Below are positions 46,210 through 58,548 of a stretch of DNA of 64,000 nt, in pieces. The stretch is from an uncultured Clostridia bacterium. GTDB taxonomy: Bacteria; Bacillota; Clostridia; TANB77; CAG-508. Each line of letters starts with the position of its first letter. The stretch's first letter is position 1. A program made the translations under genes and the position numbers. The DNA lies in assembly GCA_947626875.1 (NCBI GenBank), contig CANQTV010000002.1:10324-74323 (forward strand), read 5' to 3'. Below the pieces are notes generated by a model, which searched no databases, had not been told where the DNA came from, and worked only from the letters and a program-made list of their open reading frames with translations.

Positions 46210-47223
46210 TTGTTGGACCAAAGAAAGAAAAAAGTCTTACAAGCTATTGTAGAAGAATATGTCAATACAGCAGAACCAATCAGCTCAAATCAATTAACAC
46301 AAAAGGAAGAATTAAACTACAGTAGTGCAACCATAAGAAATGAAATGGCGAACTTGGAAAAAGCTGGGTATTTAGAAAAAACACATACATCTAGTGGAAG
46401 AATACCGTCGGAAAAGGGATATCGATACTATGTAGATGAATTATTAAGAGATGATAATATTAGTTTAGAAGAAATCAAATACATTAGTGAGAAATTAGAA
46501 ACAAAAGTTAATGAAATAGAAGAGCTAACAAAACTCACAACAACTACTATTTCAGAAGTTACACATTATACGACAGTGGCAATAGGCCCAAGCCCCAAAA
46601 CACAATGTATAGAAGAGATAAAGTTTGTCTTATTAGGAAGTCGAATGTTAATGGCAATTATCCTAACAAATACAGGTATGGTAAAGGAAACTATTATCAA
46701 ATTTGATGAAGATGTTACAGAAAAACAAGTTGAAACTATTAACTATATGTTCAATAAGAAATTAAAAAATCAGCCATTAGAAGTTATTGATATTCCACTT
46801 CAGGAGTATTTAATAAATGAAATGAAATATAGTGTAAAAGTAATAAAGCCAATTATTGAGCAAATAAAAAAGGCATTACAGGAAGAAACACAGATATATT
46901 TGCAAGGTGCTAATAAAGCTTTTGACTTACCAGAGTTTAATAGTTTGGCAGTTGCAAAGAATTTTATCAATATTATTGATGAAAAAGAGCTAATGGCAGA
47001 TATGTTAAATACTGGATTTGCAAAAGATATAAATGTATATATTGGTGATGAAAATGAAAAAGAACAGTTAAAAGATTTTAGTATTATTACTTTTAAGCAT
47101 AGAGTTGGTAATAGAGATTTGGGTACAATTGGTATTATTGGGCCAAAGAGAATGGATTATTCAAAAGTTATTTCTGTGATGAAGTATATTAGTAAGAAGT
47201 TAAACGAAAAAGAGGTGGATTGA
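46210..47223 (+). CDS. hrcA: heat-inducible transcription repressor HrcA
   Basis: LDQRKKKVLQAIVEEYVNTAEPISSNQL winged-helix N-terminus, with CIRCE directly upstream. The TTG start at 46210 sits 7 nt after an AGAGGTG SD (the ORF track begins earlier, at 46138). Confidence 0.9.
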   Translation: MLDQRKKKVLQAIVEEYVNTAEPISSNQLTQKEELNYSSATIRNEMANLEKAGYLEKTHTSSGRIPSEKGYRYYVDELLRDDNISLEEIKYISEKLETKVNEIEELTKLTTTTISEVTHYTTVAIGPSPKTQCIEEIKFVLLGSRMLMAIILTNTGMVKETIIKFDEDVTEKQVETINYMFNKKLKNQPLEVIDIPLQEYLINEMKYSVKVIKPIIEQIKKALQEETQIYLQGANKAFDLPEFNSLAVAKNFINIIDEKELMADMLNTGFAKDINVYIGDENEKEQLKDFSIITFKHRVGNRDLGTIGIIGPKRMDYSKVISVMKYISKKLNEKEVD

Positions 47224-47342
47224 AAAATAATTACAATTTTGACTGTGTCAAATTTCATTTTGAACGCGGTTACATACAAAAAGTATGCGCCCTTGCCTTC
47301 AAAATAAAATTATCCTTGTCAAAATTTAATTCTTTTCCAATC
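47218..47342. repeat. family-2 element, copy C, inside the hrcA-grpE operon
   Basis: It is collinear with copy A over its full length. The hrcA TGA (47221-47223) lies inside the left terminus GATTGAAAAA. Confidence 0.88.
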
Positions 47343-47376
47343 ATATTAAAACCTTAGAAAGGAAGGAGAATAAAAT

Positions 47377-47871
47377 ATGGCAGAAGCAGAAAAAAATGAA
47401 AATGAAGAAGTAAAAGAAGAACAACAAGAAGTGAATGAATTGCAACAAGTTCAACAAGAACTAGAAGAAATTACAGACAGATACAAAAGAGTATTAGCAG
47501 AGTTTGAAAATCATAAAAAGAGAAGTCAAAAGGAAAGAGATAGTTTATATAATATGATATTAGCAGATATTATTGAAAATATGCTACCAATATTAGATAA
47601 TCTAGAAAATGCAGTAAAAGTAGAAACAAAAGATGAAGAATTTAAAAAAGGAATTGAATTAGTAGTAAAACAATTTCAAGATACATTAAAGGCAAAAGGC
47701 GTAGAAGAAATAAAAACAGTAGGAGAAACTTTTGATCCAGAATTACATGAAGCAGTATCAAGTGTTCAAGATGATACAAAAGGGGAAAAAGAAATTGTGC
47801 AAGAATATAGAAAAGGATATAGAATAGGAACGAAAGTTATTAGACATTCTATGGTAGTAGTAGCAAACTAA
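47377..47871 (+). CDS. grpE: nucleotide exchange factor GrpE
   Basis: RVLAEFENHKKR, ...LPILDNLE.A, and FDPELHEAV motifs. Confidence 0.93.
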   Translation: MAEAEKNENEEVKEEQQEVNELQQVQQELEEITDRYKRVLAEFENHKKRSQKERDSLYNMILADIIENMLPILDNLENAVKVETKDEEFKKGIELVVKQFQDTLKAKGVEEIKTVGETFDPELHEAVSSVQDDTKGEKEIVQEYRKGYRIGTKVIRHSMVVVAN

Positions 47872-47945
47872 TGAAAAGGGAATAGGTTAACAAAAGAAAT
47901 TTTAGAAAATGAAGAAATTGTTATTAAATTTAAAATATATATTAG

Positions 47946-49802
<1,857 letters not shown>

Positions 49803-49821
49803 ATATAATAGGGATGATATA

Positions 49822-50182
49822 ATGGAAAAAAGAGAAGTTTTTTTCTTAGATAAAGAAGGAAGAAAGATATCAGGATATAACTTGAAATTTCATTCTCAAC
49901 TGGCAAAAAAACTAATAGAGCAAGATGAAGAATTAAAAGAAAAATATGAGCAAAGTGGCGTTGAAGATATGACTATGTTCTTATTAGAATATTTTTATTG
50001 TGCTGGAGTAAATTCAAGTCGATACAAGGAAATATCGTTCTTACCGAGAAGTATTACAGAAAAGCAAAAAAAAAGTATTAGTATATTATTTTTGTGAAGA
50101 AGGATATAAATTAGTAAATTTAGAAAAAGAATATGAAAATAATATTAAAAAGCAAAATATGCAAGAAGGAGAATCAAGATAA
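49822..50182 (+). CDS. hypothetical small protein between dnaK and dnaJ, reading frame broken at an A9 run
   Basis: Frame 1 reads MEKREVFFLDKEG...SITEKQKK and stops at 50097. From the A9 run (50066-50074) the +1 frame continues KKVLVYYFCEEGYKLVNLEKEY...GESR to 50182. That frame has stops just upstream, so it is not an independent gene. Confidence 0.45.
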
Positions 50183-50255
50183 AATGGATGTGGGATGTTC
50201 TAAATATCCTTCTTCGCTTGCAAATATATAAAGACAATTTGATAGGGAGGAAAAA

Positions 50256-51422
50256 ATGTCTAGTAAAAGAGACTATTATGAGGTACTAGGTGTTAACAAA
50301 AATGCATCAGATGATGAATTGAAAAAAGCTTATAGAAAAAAGGCAAAACAATATCATCCTGATGCTAACCCTGATAATAAAAAAGAAGCAGAAGCAAAAT
50401 TTAAAGAAGTAAATGAAGCTTATGAAACATTATCAGATCCACAAAAAAGAAGAATGTATGATCAATTTGGACCAGATGGACCACAAGGCTTTGGAGGAGC
50501 TGGTGGACCATTTGGTGGGCAAGGTGGATATTATTCATATAATGGTTCTGGATTTGATGGTTTTGGAGACTTTGGAGATTTAGGAGACATTTTCTCATCT
50601 TTCTTTACAGGAGGTTTTGGAAAACAATCTGGAAGAAGTAGACAAAATGGACCAAGAAAAGGCTCTGACTTAAATTTACGAATTGATATTACGTTTGAGG
50701 AGTCATATTTAGGAGTTGAAAAAGAAATTGTTATTACAAGAAATGAAACTTGTAATTATTGCCATGGAACAGGTGCAAAGCCAGGAACAAATCCAATGAA
50801 ATGTCCTGGATGTCAAGGCACAGGGCAAATTAGACAAGTTCAAAATACAATTTTGGGTCAAGTGCAAACAACAAGAACTTGTCCAGAGTGTCATGGAACA
50901 GGAGAGATTATTAAAGAGCCATGCGACATTTGTAAAGGTAAAGGAACAGTTAGAAAGCAACCAAAAATAAAAGTGCGTATACCAGCAGGAATTGATAATG
51001 ATCAAACTGTTGTATTGAGAGGTGAAGGAGATCCAGGTGAAAAAGGTGGACCAAATGGAGATTTATATATAACAGTTAGAATCAAAAAACATAGTATTTT
51101 TACAAGAAAGGGAAATAATGTTCTATGTGATGTTCCAATTACTATTACACAAGCAGCTTTAGGAGCAGAATTAGAGATTCCAATGGTAGATGGATTAAAG
51201 GAAAAATATAAAATCCCAGAAGGTACACAGACAGGAGCAAAATTTACTATAAGGAATAAAGGCTTTAAAAGTGTCAATTCTTCAGCTCAAGGGGATTATG
51301 TCTTTACAGTAATTGTACAAACACCTAAAAAATTATCAAAAGAGCAAAGAGATTTATTAACACAATTAGCAAAAACAATGAATGAACAACCACCAATAAA
51401 AAAACGTGGATTGTTTGGATAA
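50256..51422 (+). CDS. dnaJ: molecular chaperone DnaJ
   Basis: J domain (DYYEVLGV...HPD), a G/F-rich linker, and four CxxCxGxG zinc-finger repeats. Confidence 0.97.
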   Translation: MSSKRDYYEVLGVNKNASDDELKKAYRKKAKQYHPDANPDNKKEAEAKFKEVNEAYETLSDPQKRRMYDQFGPDGPQGFGGAGGPFGGQGGYYSYNGSGFDGFGDFGDLGDIFSSFFTGGFGKQSGRSRQNGPRKGSDLNLRIDITFEESYLGVEKEIVITRNETCNYCHGTGAKPGTNPMKCPGCQGTGQIRQVQNTILGQVQTTRTCPECHGTGEIIKEPCDICKGKGTVRKQPKIKVRIPAGIDNDQTVVLRGEGDPGEKGGPNGDLYITVRIKKHSIFTRKGNNVLCDVPITITQAALGAELEIPMVDGLKEKYKIPEGTQTGAKFTIRNKGFKSVNSSAQGDYVFTVIVQTPKKLSKEQRDLLTQLAKTMNEQPPIKKRGLFG

Positions 51423-51426
51423 AAAT

Positions 51427-51453
51427 AAAGCTACTGATTTTTCAGTAGCTTTT
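51427..51453. terminator. bidirectional terminator between dnaJ and the flavin reductase gene
   Basis: AAAGCTACTGA-TTTT-TCAGTAGCTTT. Confidence 0.75.
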
Positions 51454-51948
51454 ATATATTTTTTGGATTTCACTAACATACATGAAATGATAATCTTTAT
51501 TAGGATACCATTTTTCATCTAGTGAATTTTCTAAAAAGCAGGAAGGGCTCAGATCTTGACAATATAATTTTTTACAAATTAATACTAATTTAGCTTCTTT
51601 AAAATAAGGAACATTTTCTATAAAATCAGGAGTTAATCCACATTTTTCAATCTTATTTTCATCTCTTCCAGAAACGGATCCTAAATATGATAATGTTTTT
51701 TGGAATGTCGTATCAAAAAAACAAAGAGAAAACTGTTCATTTTTTTCTATAAATTCTCTTGTATAACGCTGAGGGCGTATAAAAGTAAAAGCTACATTTT
51801 TTCCCCACATAACACCAAGACCACCCCATGAAGCAGTCATTGTATTAAAATTGGTTTTGTCTCCACTTGAAATTAGCATCCATTCTTTACCAATTTTAGT
51901 AAAAGGATTGCATATAAATTCTTCTTGATTTAATTTTTTTAATTCCAT
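51442..51948 (-). CDS. flavin reductase-like (FMN-binding split-barrel) protein
   Basis: NTMTASWGGLGVMWGKNVAFTFIRPQRYT resembles the flavin reductase domain. The start is at MELKKL behind a GAGGAGG SD. Confidence 0.7.
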   Translation of the reverse strand: MELKKLNQEEFICNPFTKIGKEWMLISSGDKTNFNTMTASWGGLGVMWGKNVAFTFIRPQRYTREFIEKNEQFSLCFFDTTFQKTLSYLGSVSGRDENKIEKCGLTPDFIENVPYFKEAKLVLICKKLYCQDLSPSCFLENSLDEKWYPNKDYHFMYVSEIQKIYKSY

Positions 51949-52030
51949 ATTAAACCTCCTCACATATATATTTTATACAAAAAAACCTTAAATTGCTAGA
52001 CATTAAGCAAAAAAAAATATATAATATATA

Positions 52031-52060
52031 CTAGTTGAAAAATAATTATTTTCCAACTAG
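52031..52060. repeat. family-2 minimal form (both termini fused, no core)
   Basis: CTAGTTGAAAAATAATTATTTTCCAACTAG is a 30-nt hairpin made only of the two family-2 ends. It lies in the leader of the alg14-like operon. Confidence 0.7.
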
Positions 52061-52081
52061 ATTCCTAGGAGAAATTGAAAA

Positions 52082-52555
52082 ATGAAAAAAAAGGTATTAT
52101 TTATTTCTAGCACAGGTGGGCATTTAGAAGAATTGTTGCAATTAAAACCATTATTTGAAAAATATGAATATCATATTATAACAGAAAAGGATAAAGCCAA
52201 TATTAGTTTAAAAGAAGAATATGGGGAAAGATTATATTTTTTACCATATGGGACAAGAGCAAAGCTATTTACATATATATTTAAATATTTTTATTTGTGC
52301 TTAAAAACAGTATATTTATATTTTAAAATAAGACCAAAAGTTATTGTTACAACAGGTACACATACAGCAGGGCCAATGTGCATTTTAGGAAAGATATTTA
52401 GAAGTAAAATTATTTATATTGAAACAATAGCAAATACAAATAAAAAAACAGCAACAGGAAGATTGATTTATCCGATTGCAGATTTATTTATTGTACAATG
52501 GGAAGAAATGTTGAAAATATATCCAAAAGCAGTATATGGAGGTTTAATATATTAA
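52082..52555 (+). CDS. Alg14-like / PssD-Cps14F-family glycosyltransferase membrane-associated subunit
   Basis: MKKKVLFISSTGGHLEELLQL and ...VVTTGTHTAGPM... resemble Alg14/Cps14F. Confidence 0.75.
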   Translation: MKKKVLFISSTGGHLEELLQLKPLFEKYEYHIITEKDKANISLKEEYGERLYFLPYGTRAKLFTYIFKYFYLCLKTVYLYFKIRPKVIVTTGTHTAGPMCILGKIFRSKIIYIETIANTNKKTATGRLIYPIADLFIVQWEEMLKIYPKAVYGGLIY

Positions 52556-53034
52556 TGATATTTGTTATGTTAGGAACTCAAAATAACAGTTTCCACAGAT
52601 TGTTAGAAGAAGTGGATAAATTAATTGAAAAAAATGTAATTCAAGAAAAAGTGATAGTACAAGCAGGTTATACAAAATATGAAAGCGAAAATATGCAAAT
52701 ATTGAAATTAATACCGAAAACGGAAATAGAAGAATATCAAAAACAAGCATCACTAATTATTACACATGGTGGGGCTGGTTCAATTATTACTTCATTAAAG
52801 TATGGGAAGAAAGTAATTGCAGTACCTCGTAAACATCAATATGAAGAACATGTAAATGACCATCAGCAAGAAATTGTAGAAGTATTTACAAAAAAAGGAT
52901 ATATTATTGGAATAAAAAATGTAGAAGATTTAGAGGAAGCAATAAAAAAAGCAGAGACATTTGAACCAATACAATATAAACCAAATAATCAAAAGATGTT
53001 ACAAATTATAGAAAATTTTATTGACAATAATTAA
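52555..53034 (+). CDS. Alg13-like / PssE-Cps14G-family glycosyltransferase catalytic subunit
   Basis: [17 protein letters not shown] and [11 protein letters not shown] (Glyco_tran_28_C type). Its ATG overlaps the upstream TAA (TAATG). Confidence 0.75.
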   Translation: MIFVMLGTQNNSFHRLLEEVDKLIEKNVIQEKVIVQAGYTKYESENMQILKLIPKTEIEEYQKQASLIITHGGAGSIITSLKYGKKVIAVPRKHQYEEHVNDHQQEIVEVFTKKGYIIGIKNVEDLEEAIKKAETFEPIQYKPNNQKMLQIIENFIDNN

Positions 53035-53050
53035 ATGCAAAAAGAAAGGA

Positions 53051-54073
53051 ATGATGGCATCTATGGAAGATGATAGAATTATTAGTCCTGAACTAGAAAA
53101 CACAGGTGAAGAAAGACTAGAAAATTCATTAAGGCCAAAGACTTTAGAGGAATATATTGGACAAGATAAAATTAAAGAAAATATGAAAATATACATAGAA
53201 GCAGCAAAAAAAAGAGGAGAGGCATTAGACCATGTTTTATTATATGGACCACCAGGATTAGGAAAAACTACATTGTCTAATATTATATCTAATGAAATGA
53301 ATGCAAATATAAGAATTACATCAGGTCCTGCAATTGAAAAACCTGGAGATTTAGCAGCATTACTTACAAATTTATCAGAATTTGATGTGTTGTTTATTGA
53401 TGAAATTCATAGACTTAGTAAAAGTGTAGAAGAAATTTTATATCCTGCACTTGAAGATTATACATTAGACATTATTATTGGAAAAGGACCAAGTGCAAGG
53501 TCAATTAGATTAGATTTGCCCAAATTTACATTGATTGGTGCAACAACAAAAGCAGGGGCTCTTACAACACCATTAAGAGATAGATTTGGTATTGTCCATA
53601 GATTAGAATTGTATTCAGATAAAGATTTAACAAAAATAGTGAAACGTTCTAGCAAAATATTGGAAGTTGATATTGAAGATTTAGCAGCAGCAGAAATTGC
53701 AAAGAGGTCAAGGGGTACACCTAGAATTGCAAATAGACTTTTGAAAAGAGTAAGAGATTATGCAGCAGTTTTGGGAAATGGAGAGATAGACTTAAAAATT
53801 GCAAAACATGCATTAAATAAGCTTGAAATTGATGAATTAGGTTTAGATGAAATTGATAGAAAGTTATTAGAAACAATGATTGTGCAATATGGTGGAAGAC
53901 CTGTTGGAATAGAGGCATTAGCTACAACAATAGGTGAAGAAGTTGATACGATAGAAGATGTTTATGAACCTTTTTTAATTCAAATAGGTTTTATTGCTAG
54001 AACTTTAAGAGGTAGAGTTGTGTTACCACCGGCATATACACATATGGGCTACACATATTTGGAGGGAGAATGA
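53051..54073 (+). CDS. ruvB: Holliday junction branch migration helicase RuvB
   Basis: [12 protein letters not shown], Walker [10 protein letters not shown], Walker B FIDEIHRL, and [11 protein letters not shown]. The exact start is uncertain (53051, 53054 or 53063). Confidence 0.95.
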   Translation: MMASMEDDRIISPELENTGEERLENSLRPKTLEEYIGQDKIKENMKIYIEAAKKRGEALDHVLLYGPPGLGKTTLSNIISNEMNANIRITSGPAIEKPGDLAALLTNLSEFDVLFIDEIHRLSKSVEEILYPALEDYTLDIIIGKGPSARSIRLDLPKFTLIGATTKAGALTTPLRDRFGIVHRLELYSDKDLTKIVKRSSKILEVDIEDLAAAEIAKRSRGTPRIANRLLKRVRDYAAVLGNGEIDLKIAKHALNKLEIDELGLDEIDRKLLETMIVQYGGRPVGIEALATTIGEEVDTIEDVYEPFLIQIGFIARTLRGRVVLPPAYTHMGYTYLEGE

Positions 54074-55620
54074 AAAAAGTTTTAAAAAAAGAATATCTGC
54101 TAATTGCTTTTATATTTGTAATGATATTGAGTACAATTATAATCAAACCATTAGGTGATTTAGATGAAATTTGGAATTATAATATAGCAAGAAATGTAGC
54201 TGAAGGAAAAATAATATATAAAGAAATTAATACGATTACAACACCATTAATTCCATTTATTAGTAGTATATTTTTGAAACTGATTGCAAACCAATTATTT
54301 ATAATGAGAATATTGGCAGCAATTTTAGGAACAGCAATTTTATATATGATATTTAAAATTGCTAGAGAACTTACAAAAGAGACAAATGTTAGTATGATAA
54401 TTACAATTGTGATAGGATGGCTATTTAGAGAAATTTATTGCTTAGATTATAATTACATGATTTTGTTTCTTGGGTTAAGTATTTTATATTTAGAATTAAA
54501 ACAATCAGAAAAATTAAAAAACAAATCTTTTTGGTTAGGTATTTTAGCTGGATTAGCAATTTGTACTAAACAAACTATAGGTGTAATGATAGCTATTATG
54601 ACTATTATTTGCCCAATGTTGGAAATACAAGAAAGACAGGATATTAAACCAATTTTAGGAAAAATGGGAAAACGAATATTAGGAATTGCAATTCCATGTA
54701 TGTTGTTAGTATTGTATTTAATAGTAACGAACTCAATGACAGATTTTATAAGTTATACTGTGCAAGGAATTGCAACATTTGACAATCATATATCATATGA
54801 AAAATTATTTAGAGATGAAGCAACTGAAGTATCAATTTTAGCGAAAGTAATACCAATTACAATTTTGGCTACTATTATAGCAAGTGTTGTAGCTGAAATT
54901 ATTATAATTAAAAAAGCGAAGATAGAAAATGAAACAAAAGAAGAATTTAAAAATTTGCAAAAACTTACAATATATAGTTTGCCAATTTTTATAATTGTTT
55001 ACCCAATTTCAGATAAAATTCATTTTTTGATTGGTGCTACAATTGCAATTATTACAGCAAGTTATGGTATATGGCTATTGGGAAAACTATTATATAAAAA
55101 GATATCTTATCCAAAAAAGCAATTTATTTATAAAACTATTACTTTATTTATTTGGGTAATAATGATTGCAATGATTGCTAAACAAGGAATGGCAAATTTA
55201 TTTAGTATAGTTAATGACTATCAAAATGGTGAGTTTAATCAAGAAATAGCACATTATAAATATATCAAAGTACCAGACTACTTAAAAGATAGAATTGAAA
55301 GTATAAATAAATATATCCAAGAAAAAGAAGAACAAGGAAATAAAGTATATATATTAGATGCAGAAAGTGCTGTATATATGATTCCACTAAATAAATATAC
55401 GAAAGACTATGACTTATTTTTAAAAGGAAATGTTGGGAAAGATGGAGAAGATGGGCAAATCGAAAGAATTAAACATGAAGCAGATGATAAAACTATATAC
55501 TTAATAAAAAAAGATGAATATTCGCAAAATTGGCAGTCACCTTTAAAAGTGATTAAATATGTAAAAGATAATTTTAGAATTATAGGAGAAACAGAAATTT
55601 ATGATGCATATATGCGATAA
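54070..55620 (+). CDS. GT-C-fold membrane glycosyltransferase (GT39/ArnT-like), copy 1
   Basis: 516 aa with about 10 TM helices, an acidic first loop ([10 protein letters not shown]), and a soluble C-terminal domain. Its ATG overlaps the ruvB stop (ATGA). Confidence 0.55.
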   Translation: MKKVLKKEYLLIAFIFVMILSTIIIKPLGDLDEIWNYNIARNVAEGKIIYKEINTITTPLIPFISSIFLKLIANQLFIMRILAAILGTAILYMIFKIARELTKETNVSMIITIVIGWLFREIYCLDYNYMILFLGLSILYLELKQSEKLKNKSFWLGILAGLAICTKQTIGVMIAIMTIICPMLEIQERQDIKPILGKMGKRILGIAIPCMLLVLYLIVTNSMTDFISYTVQGIATFDNHISYEKLFRDEATEVSILAKVIPITILATIIASVVAEIIIIKKAKIENETKEEFKNLQKLTIYSLPIFIIVYPISDKIHFLIGATIAIITASYGIWLLGKLLYKKISYPKKQFIYKTITLFIWVIMIAMIAKQGMANLFSIVNDYQNGEFNQEIAHYKYIKVPDYLKDRIESINKYIQEKEEQGNKVYILDAESAVYMIPLNKYTKDYDLFLKGNVGKDGEDGQIERIKHEADDKTIYLIKKDEYSQNWQSPLKVIKYVKDNFRIIGETEIYDAYMR

Positions 55621-57235
55621 AATAAAGCAAGAGAAATATAAAATATTGGTTGTATTGATTTTTATTTTTGCGATTGGTGTTAGAATTTGGAGTTGGCCAA
55701 ATGCAATAAATGATATGAATTGTGATGAGGCAATGTCAGCAATTAATGCTAAATCAATAGCAGAAAGTGGAACAGATATATTTGGAACTACATATCCAAT
55801 TTATTTTGAAGGTTGGGTAATTAGTGGACAAAGTGCATTTGCCATTTATATTACTGCTTTGTTTATTAAATTATTTGGCTTTTCAGTAATATCAATCAGA
55901 TTACCAATTTTGTTAATATCAATATCATCATTGTGTTTTATGCCTTTACTCATCAATCGCATATTTAAAAATAAAAAGATGGCTATTATTGCTTTGGTAT
56001 TGCTAGCAATAAATCCATGGGATATTATGCAGAGCCAGTGGCTATTAGATTGCAATTTTTATCCACATATTATGTTGATAGCAATATATGCATTATTAGT
56101 AGGAATTCAAGATAAAAAAATGTCAGCAACATATTTTTCTATGGTTTTGTTTGCAATTACACTGTATACATATGGGATTGCATTATATTTAACACCGATT
56201 TTTTTGTGTATTATAGCAGGATATTTATTGAAGAAAAAGAGTATAACAATTAAGCAATTTTTTATTTGTTTAATGATATTTATTGTAGTATCGATACCAA
56301 TTATATTGATGGCAATTATTCAATTGTTTAATTTGCCAACAATCCAATTAGGAAAAATAACAATTCAAAACTTTGCTTATGCAACTAGAACAAATGATAT
56401 GTTACTTTTTTCAGAAAATAAACTTGCAACATTATCACAAAATTTTAAATATATGACAGATATATTTATTAAGCAGTCAGATGATTTAATATGGAATGCA
56501 TTACCAAAATATGGAACAATATATTTAATAAGTATGCCAATTGTTTTTATTGAAACAATATTTCTTTGTTTTGATTTTTTCAAAAAGAAAGAAGAGACTA
56601 ATCAGAATTTTGGAATTGTTTTGATTTTAACATGGTTATTGATAGGAATTCTTGACGGACTGTTAATCAATGATACTAACATAAATAGAATCAATATTAT
56701 TTGGTATGTATTGATTATGATAAATGCAATTGGAATTTTTGAAATTGTGAAAATGCTAAAATATAAAAAAATTTTGAGCATTGTATTTCTTTTAGTTTAT
56801 GGAATTCAATTTGTGGGATTTATAAATGAATTTCATACTATTGGAACTGAAGAAATTGTTAATTCTTTTACATGGTCAAAAGGATTAGTTAGTGCAGTAG
56901 AATATGCTGAAAATAGTGATGAAACTAAAATAGTTTTATCAGAACATGTAAGTGATACAGATAAAAAAGATATTTTTATTAGATATGGAACAAAAGTAAA
57001 CCAAAAAGAAGAGAAAATAAATATAGAAGAGTTTATGAAGTATTATAAATCAAAAGAAAATTCAACTATGGATTTTTCAACACAGGAAAAAGAATATGAT
57101 ATTGTATCAATAGAATCTGATACAATATTGACAGAGCCAATGTATATTATGACAAAAGAAGAAGCAGATATTGTAAATACAGATGGTTATGAAAAAAGTG
57201 AATTTAATCAATATGTAGTTTTTAAGAATAAATAG
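55601..57235 (+). CDS. GT-C-fold membrane glycosyltransferase (GT39/ArnT-like), copy 2
   Basis: 544 aa, polytopic, with the first loop NCDEAMSAINAKSIAESGTD..G...P.YF (a DE motif as in PMT/ArnT). It overlaps the previous gene by 20 nt. Confidence 0.55.
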   Translation: MMHICDKIKQEKYKILVVLIFIFAIGVRIWSWPNAINDMNCDEAMSAINAKSIAESGTDIFGTTYPIYFEGWVISGQSAFAIYITALFIKLFGFSVISIRLPILLISISSLCFMPLLINRIFKNKKMAIIALVLLAINPWDIMQSQWLLDCNFYPHIMLIAIYALLVGIQDKKMSATYFSMVLFAITLYTYGIALYLTPIFLCIIAGYLLKKKSITIKQFFICLMIFIVVSIPIILMAIIQLFNLPTIQLGKITIQNFAYATRTNDMLLFSENKLATLSQNFKYMTDIFIKQSDDLIWNALPKYGTIYLISMPIVFIETIFLCFDFFKKKEETNQNFGIVLILTWLLIGILDGLLINDTNINRINIIWYVLIMINAIGIFEIVKMLKYKKILSIVFLLVYGIQFVGFINEFHTIGTEEIVNSFTWSKGLVSAVEYAENSDETKIVLSEHVSDTDKKDIFIRYGTKVNQKEEKINIEEFMKYYKSKENSTMDFSTQEKEYDIVSIESDTILTEPMYIMTKEEADIVNTDGYEKSEFNQYVVFKNK

Positions 57236-57263
57236 ATGTAGCAAGAAGGGAATCAAGAATAAA

Positions 57264-58508
57264 ATGGAAAAACATTTGCAAAAAGTAGAGTTTAACAAAA
57301 AGAAAAGGATAATAGATGTAATATTTTTAGTTTTAATTTTTTTAATTATTATTTCTTTTTATATAGCACTTATGATTAGAGGACAAAAAGAAGAATCAAT
57401 TACAGAAAATAGAGCATTAAATAAAATACCAACATTTAGTTTTGCTTCATTTTTTTCAGGAGAATATCAAAATAAACTAGAAGATAGTTTAGTTGATCAA
57501 ATGTTATTTAGTGAAAAAATAAAAAAATCAATGAATCAGGAACAGGCAGAAACAATTACAGGTATACAAAGAGCCATAACTAAAAAATTTCATGAAGAAA
57601 AAACTGAACAAGGAGTAACTAACGCTGAATATTTTCCGATTGGAAATAAAAATGTTTATTATTATGGTAATTCTGATTACATGGTTTTTAAATGTGAGGA
57701 TTACGAAAGAAGTAAAATAGTAATTGATAAATGGGCAAAAACTTATAATCCTCATTTTAAAGGATTAGATACATATTTTTATCTAGTAAATACAAGTAAA
57801 AGTATTGATTTTAACAATATAGATAAAGATGAAAATAAATTTGTTACATATATTAGAAGTGCTTTAAATTTTAAAAAAGTGCAGGGCTTGAAAATTAACA
57901 GTTTTGAACAGTATAAAGATTATTTTTATGAAACAGATCATCATTGGAACTATAAAGGTTCTTATCAGGGATATAGAGATATTATTCAAATGATATATCC
58001 AGAAGATAAGTTAATTGAGCCAATAGGAACAAAAACTTATGATGTTTATTATTATGGTTCAAATGCTAGAACGACTTCTGTTTATAATAATAAAGAAAAG
58101 TTTACGGTATATAAGTATGATATAGAAGATTGTCCTACTAAAATTGATGGTGAATATGCAAGATATGATAATGAAGATTTGTATGATAGAGGAGAGTATT
58201 CTAAAGAAGAAGGATATAATCACTATGGCGGTTATTATGGAGAAGATTATGCGGAAGTAATTTATGAAAGAAATCAGCCAGAAAAAGAGAATTTGCTTAT
58301 TATTGCACCTTCATATTCTAATGCAAATAACAAATTAATTTCTACACATTTTAATAATACATATGTAATTGATTTGAGACATTATATCAATACATATGGA
58401 AAAAATCTTGATGTAGATGAATATTGTAAGAAAAATCATATCACAAAAGTTTTAGTAATGTTAGGTCTTGATTTAATTAACACAGGAATTTTTAATTTAG
58501 ATATATAA
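57264..58508 (+). CDS. DHHW-family protein (AlgJ/AlgX-like SGNH acyltransferase partner)
   Basis: N-terminal TM anchor and the literal motif YETDHHWNYKGSY. It lies directly upstream of the MBOAT gene. Confidence 0.75.
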   Translation: MEKHLQKVEFNKKKRIIDVIFLVLIFLIIISFYIALMIRGQKEESITENRALNKIPTFSFASFFSGEYQNKLEDSLVDQMLFSEKIKKSMNQEQAETITGIQRAITKKFHEEKTEQGVTNAEYFPIGNKNVYYYGNSDYMVFKCEDYERSKIVIDKWAKTYNPHFKGLDTYFYLVNTSKSIDFNNIDKDENKFVTYIRSALNFKKVQGLKINSFEQYKDYFYETDHHWNYKGSYQGYRDIIQMIYPEDKLIEPIGTKTYDVYYYGSNARTTSVYNNKEKFTVYKYDIEDCPTKIDGEYARYDNEDLYDRGEYSKEEGYNHYGGYYGEDYAEVIYERNQPEKENLLIIAPSYSNANNKLISTHFNNTYVIDLRHYINTYGKNLDVDEYCKKNHITKVLVMLGLDLINTGIFNLDI

Positions 58509-58548
58509 ATAAGACGATTATAATTTTGTAGAAAGAAAGGGATTAAAA

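Noticed and set aside
47878-47886. GGGAATAGG 6 nt after the grpE stop, resembling the first 9 nt of the family-1 arm at 22037.
   Set aside because: Only 9 nt match, there is no GGACG core or T tract, and such a purine string is plausible by chance near an SD-rich region. At most it is an eroded remnant.
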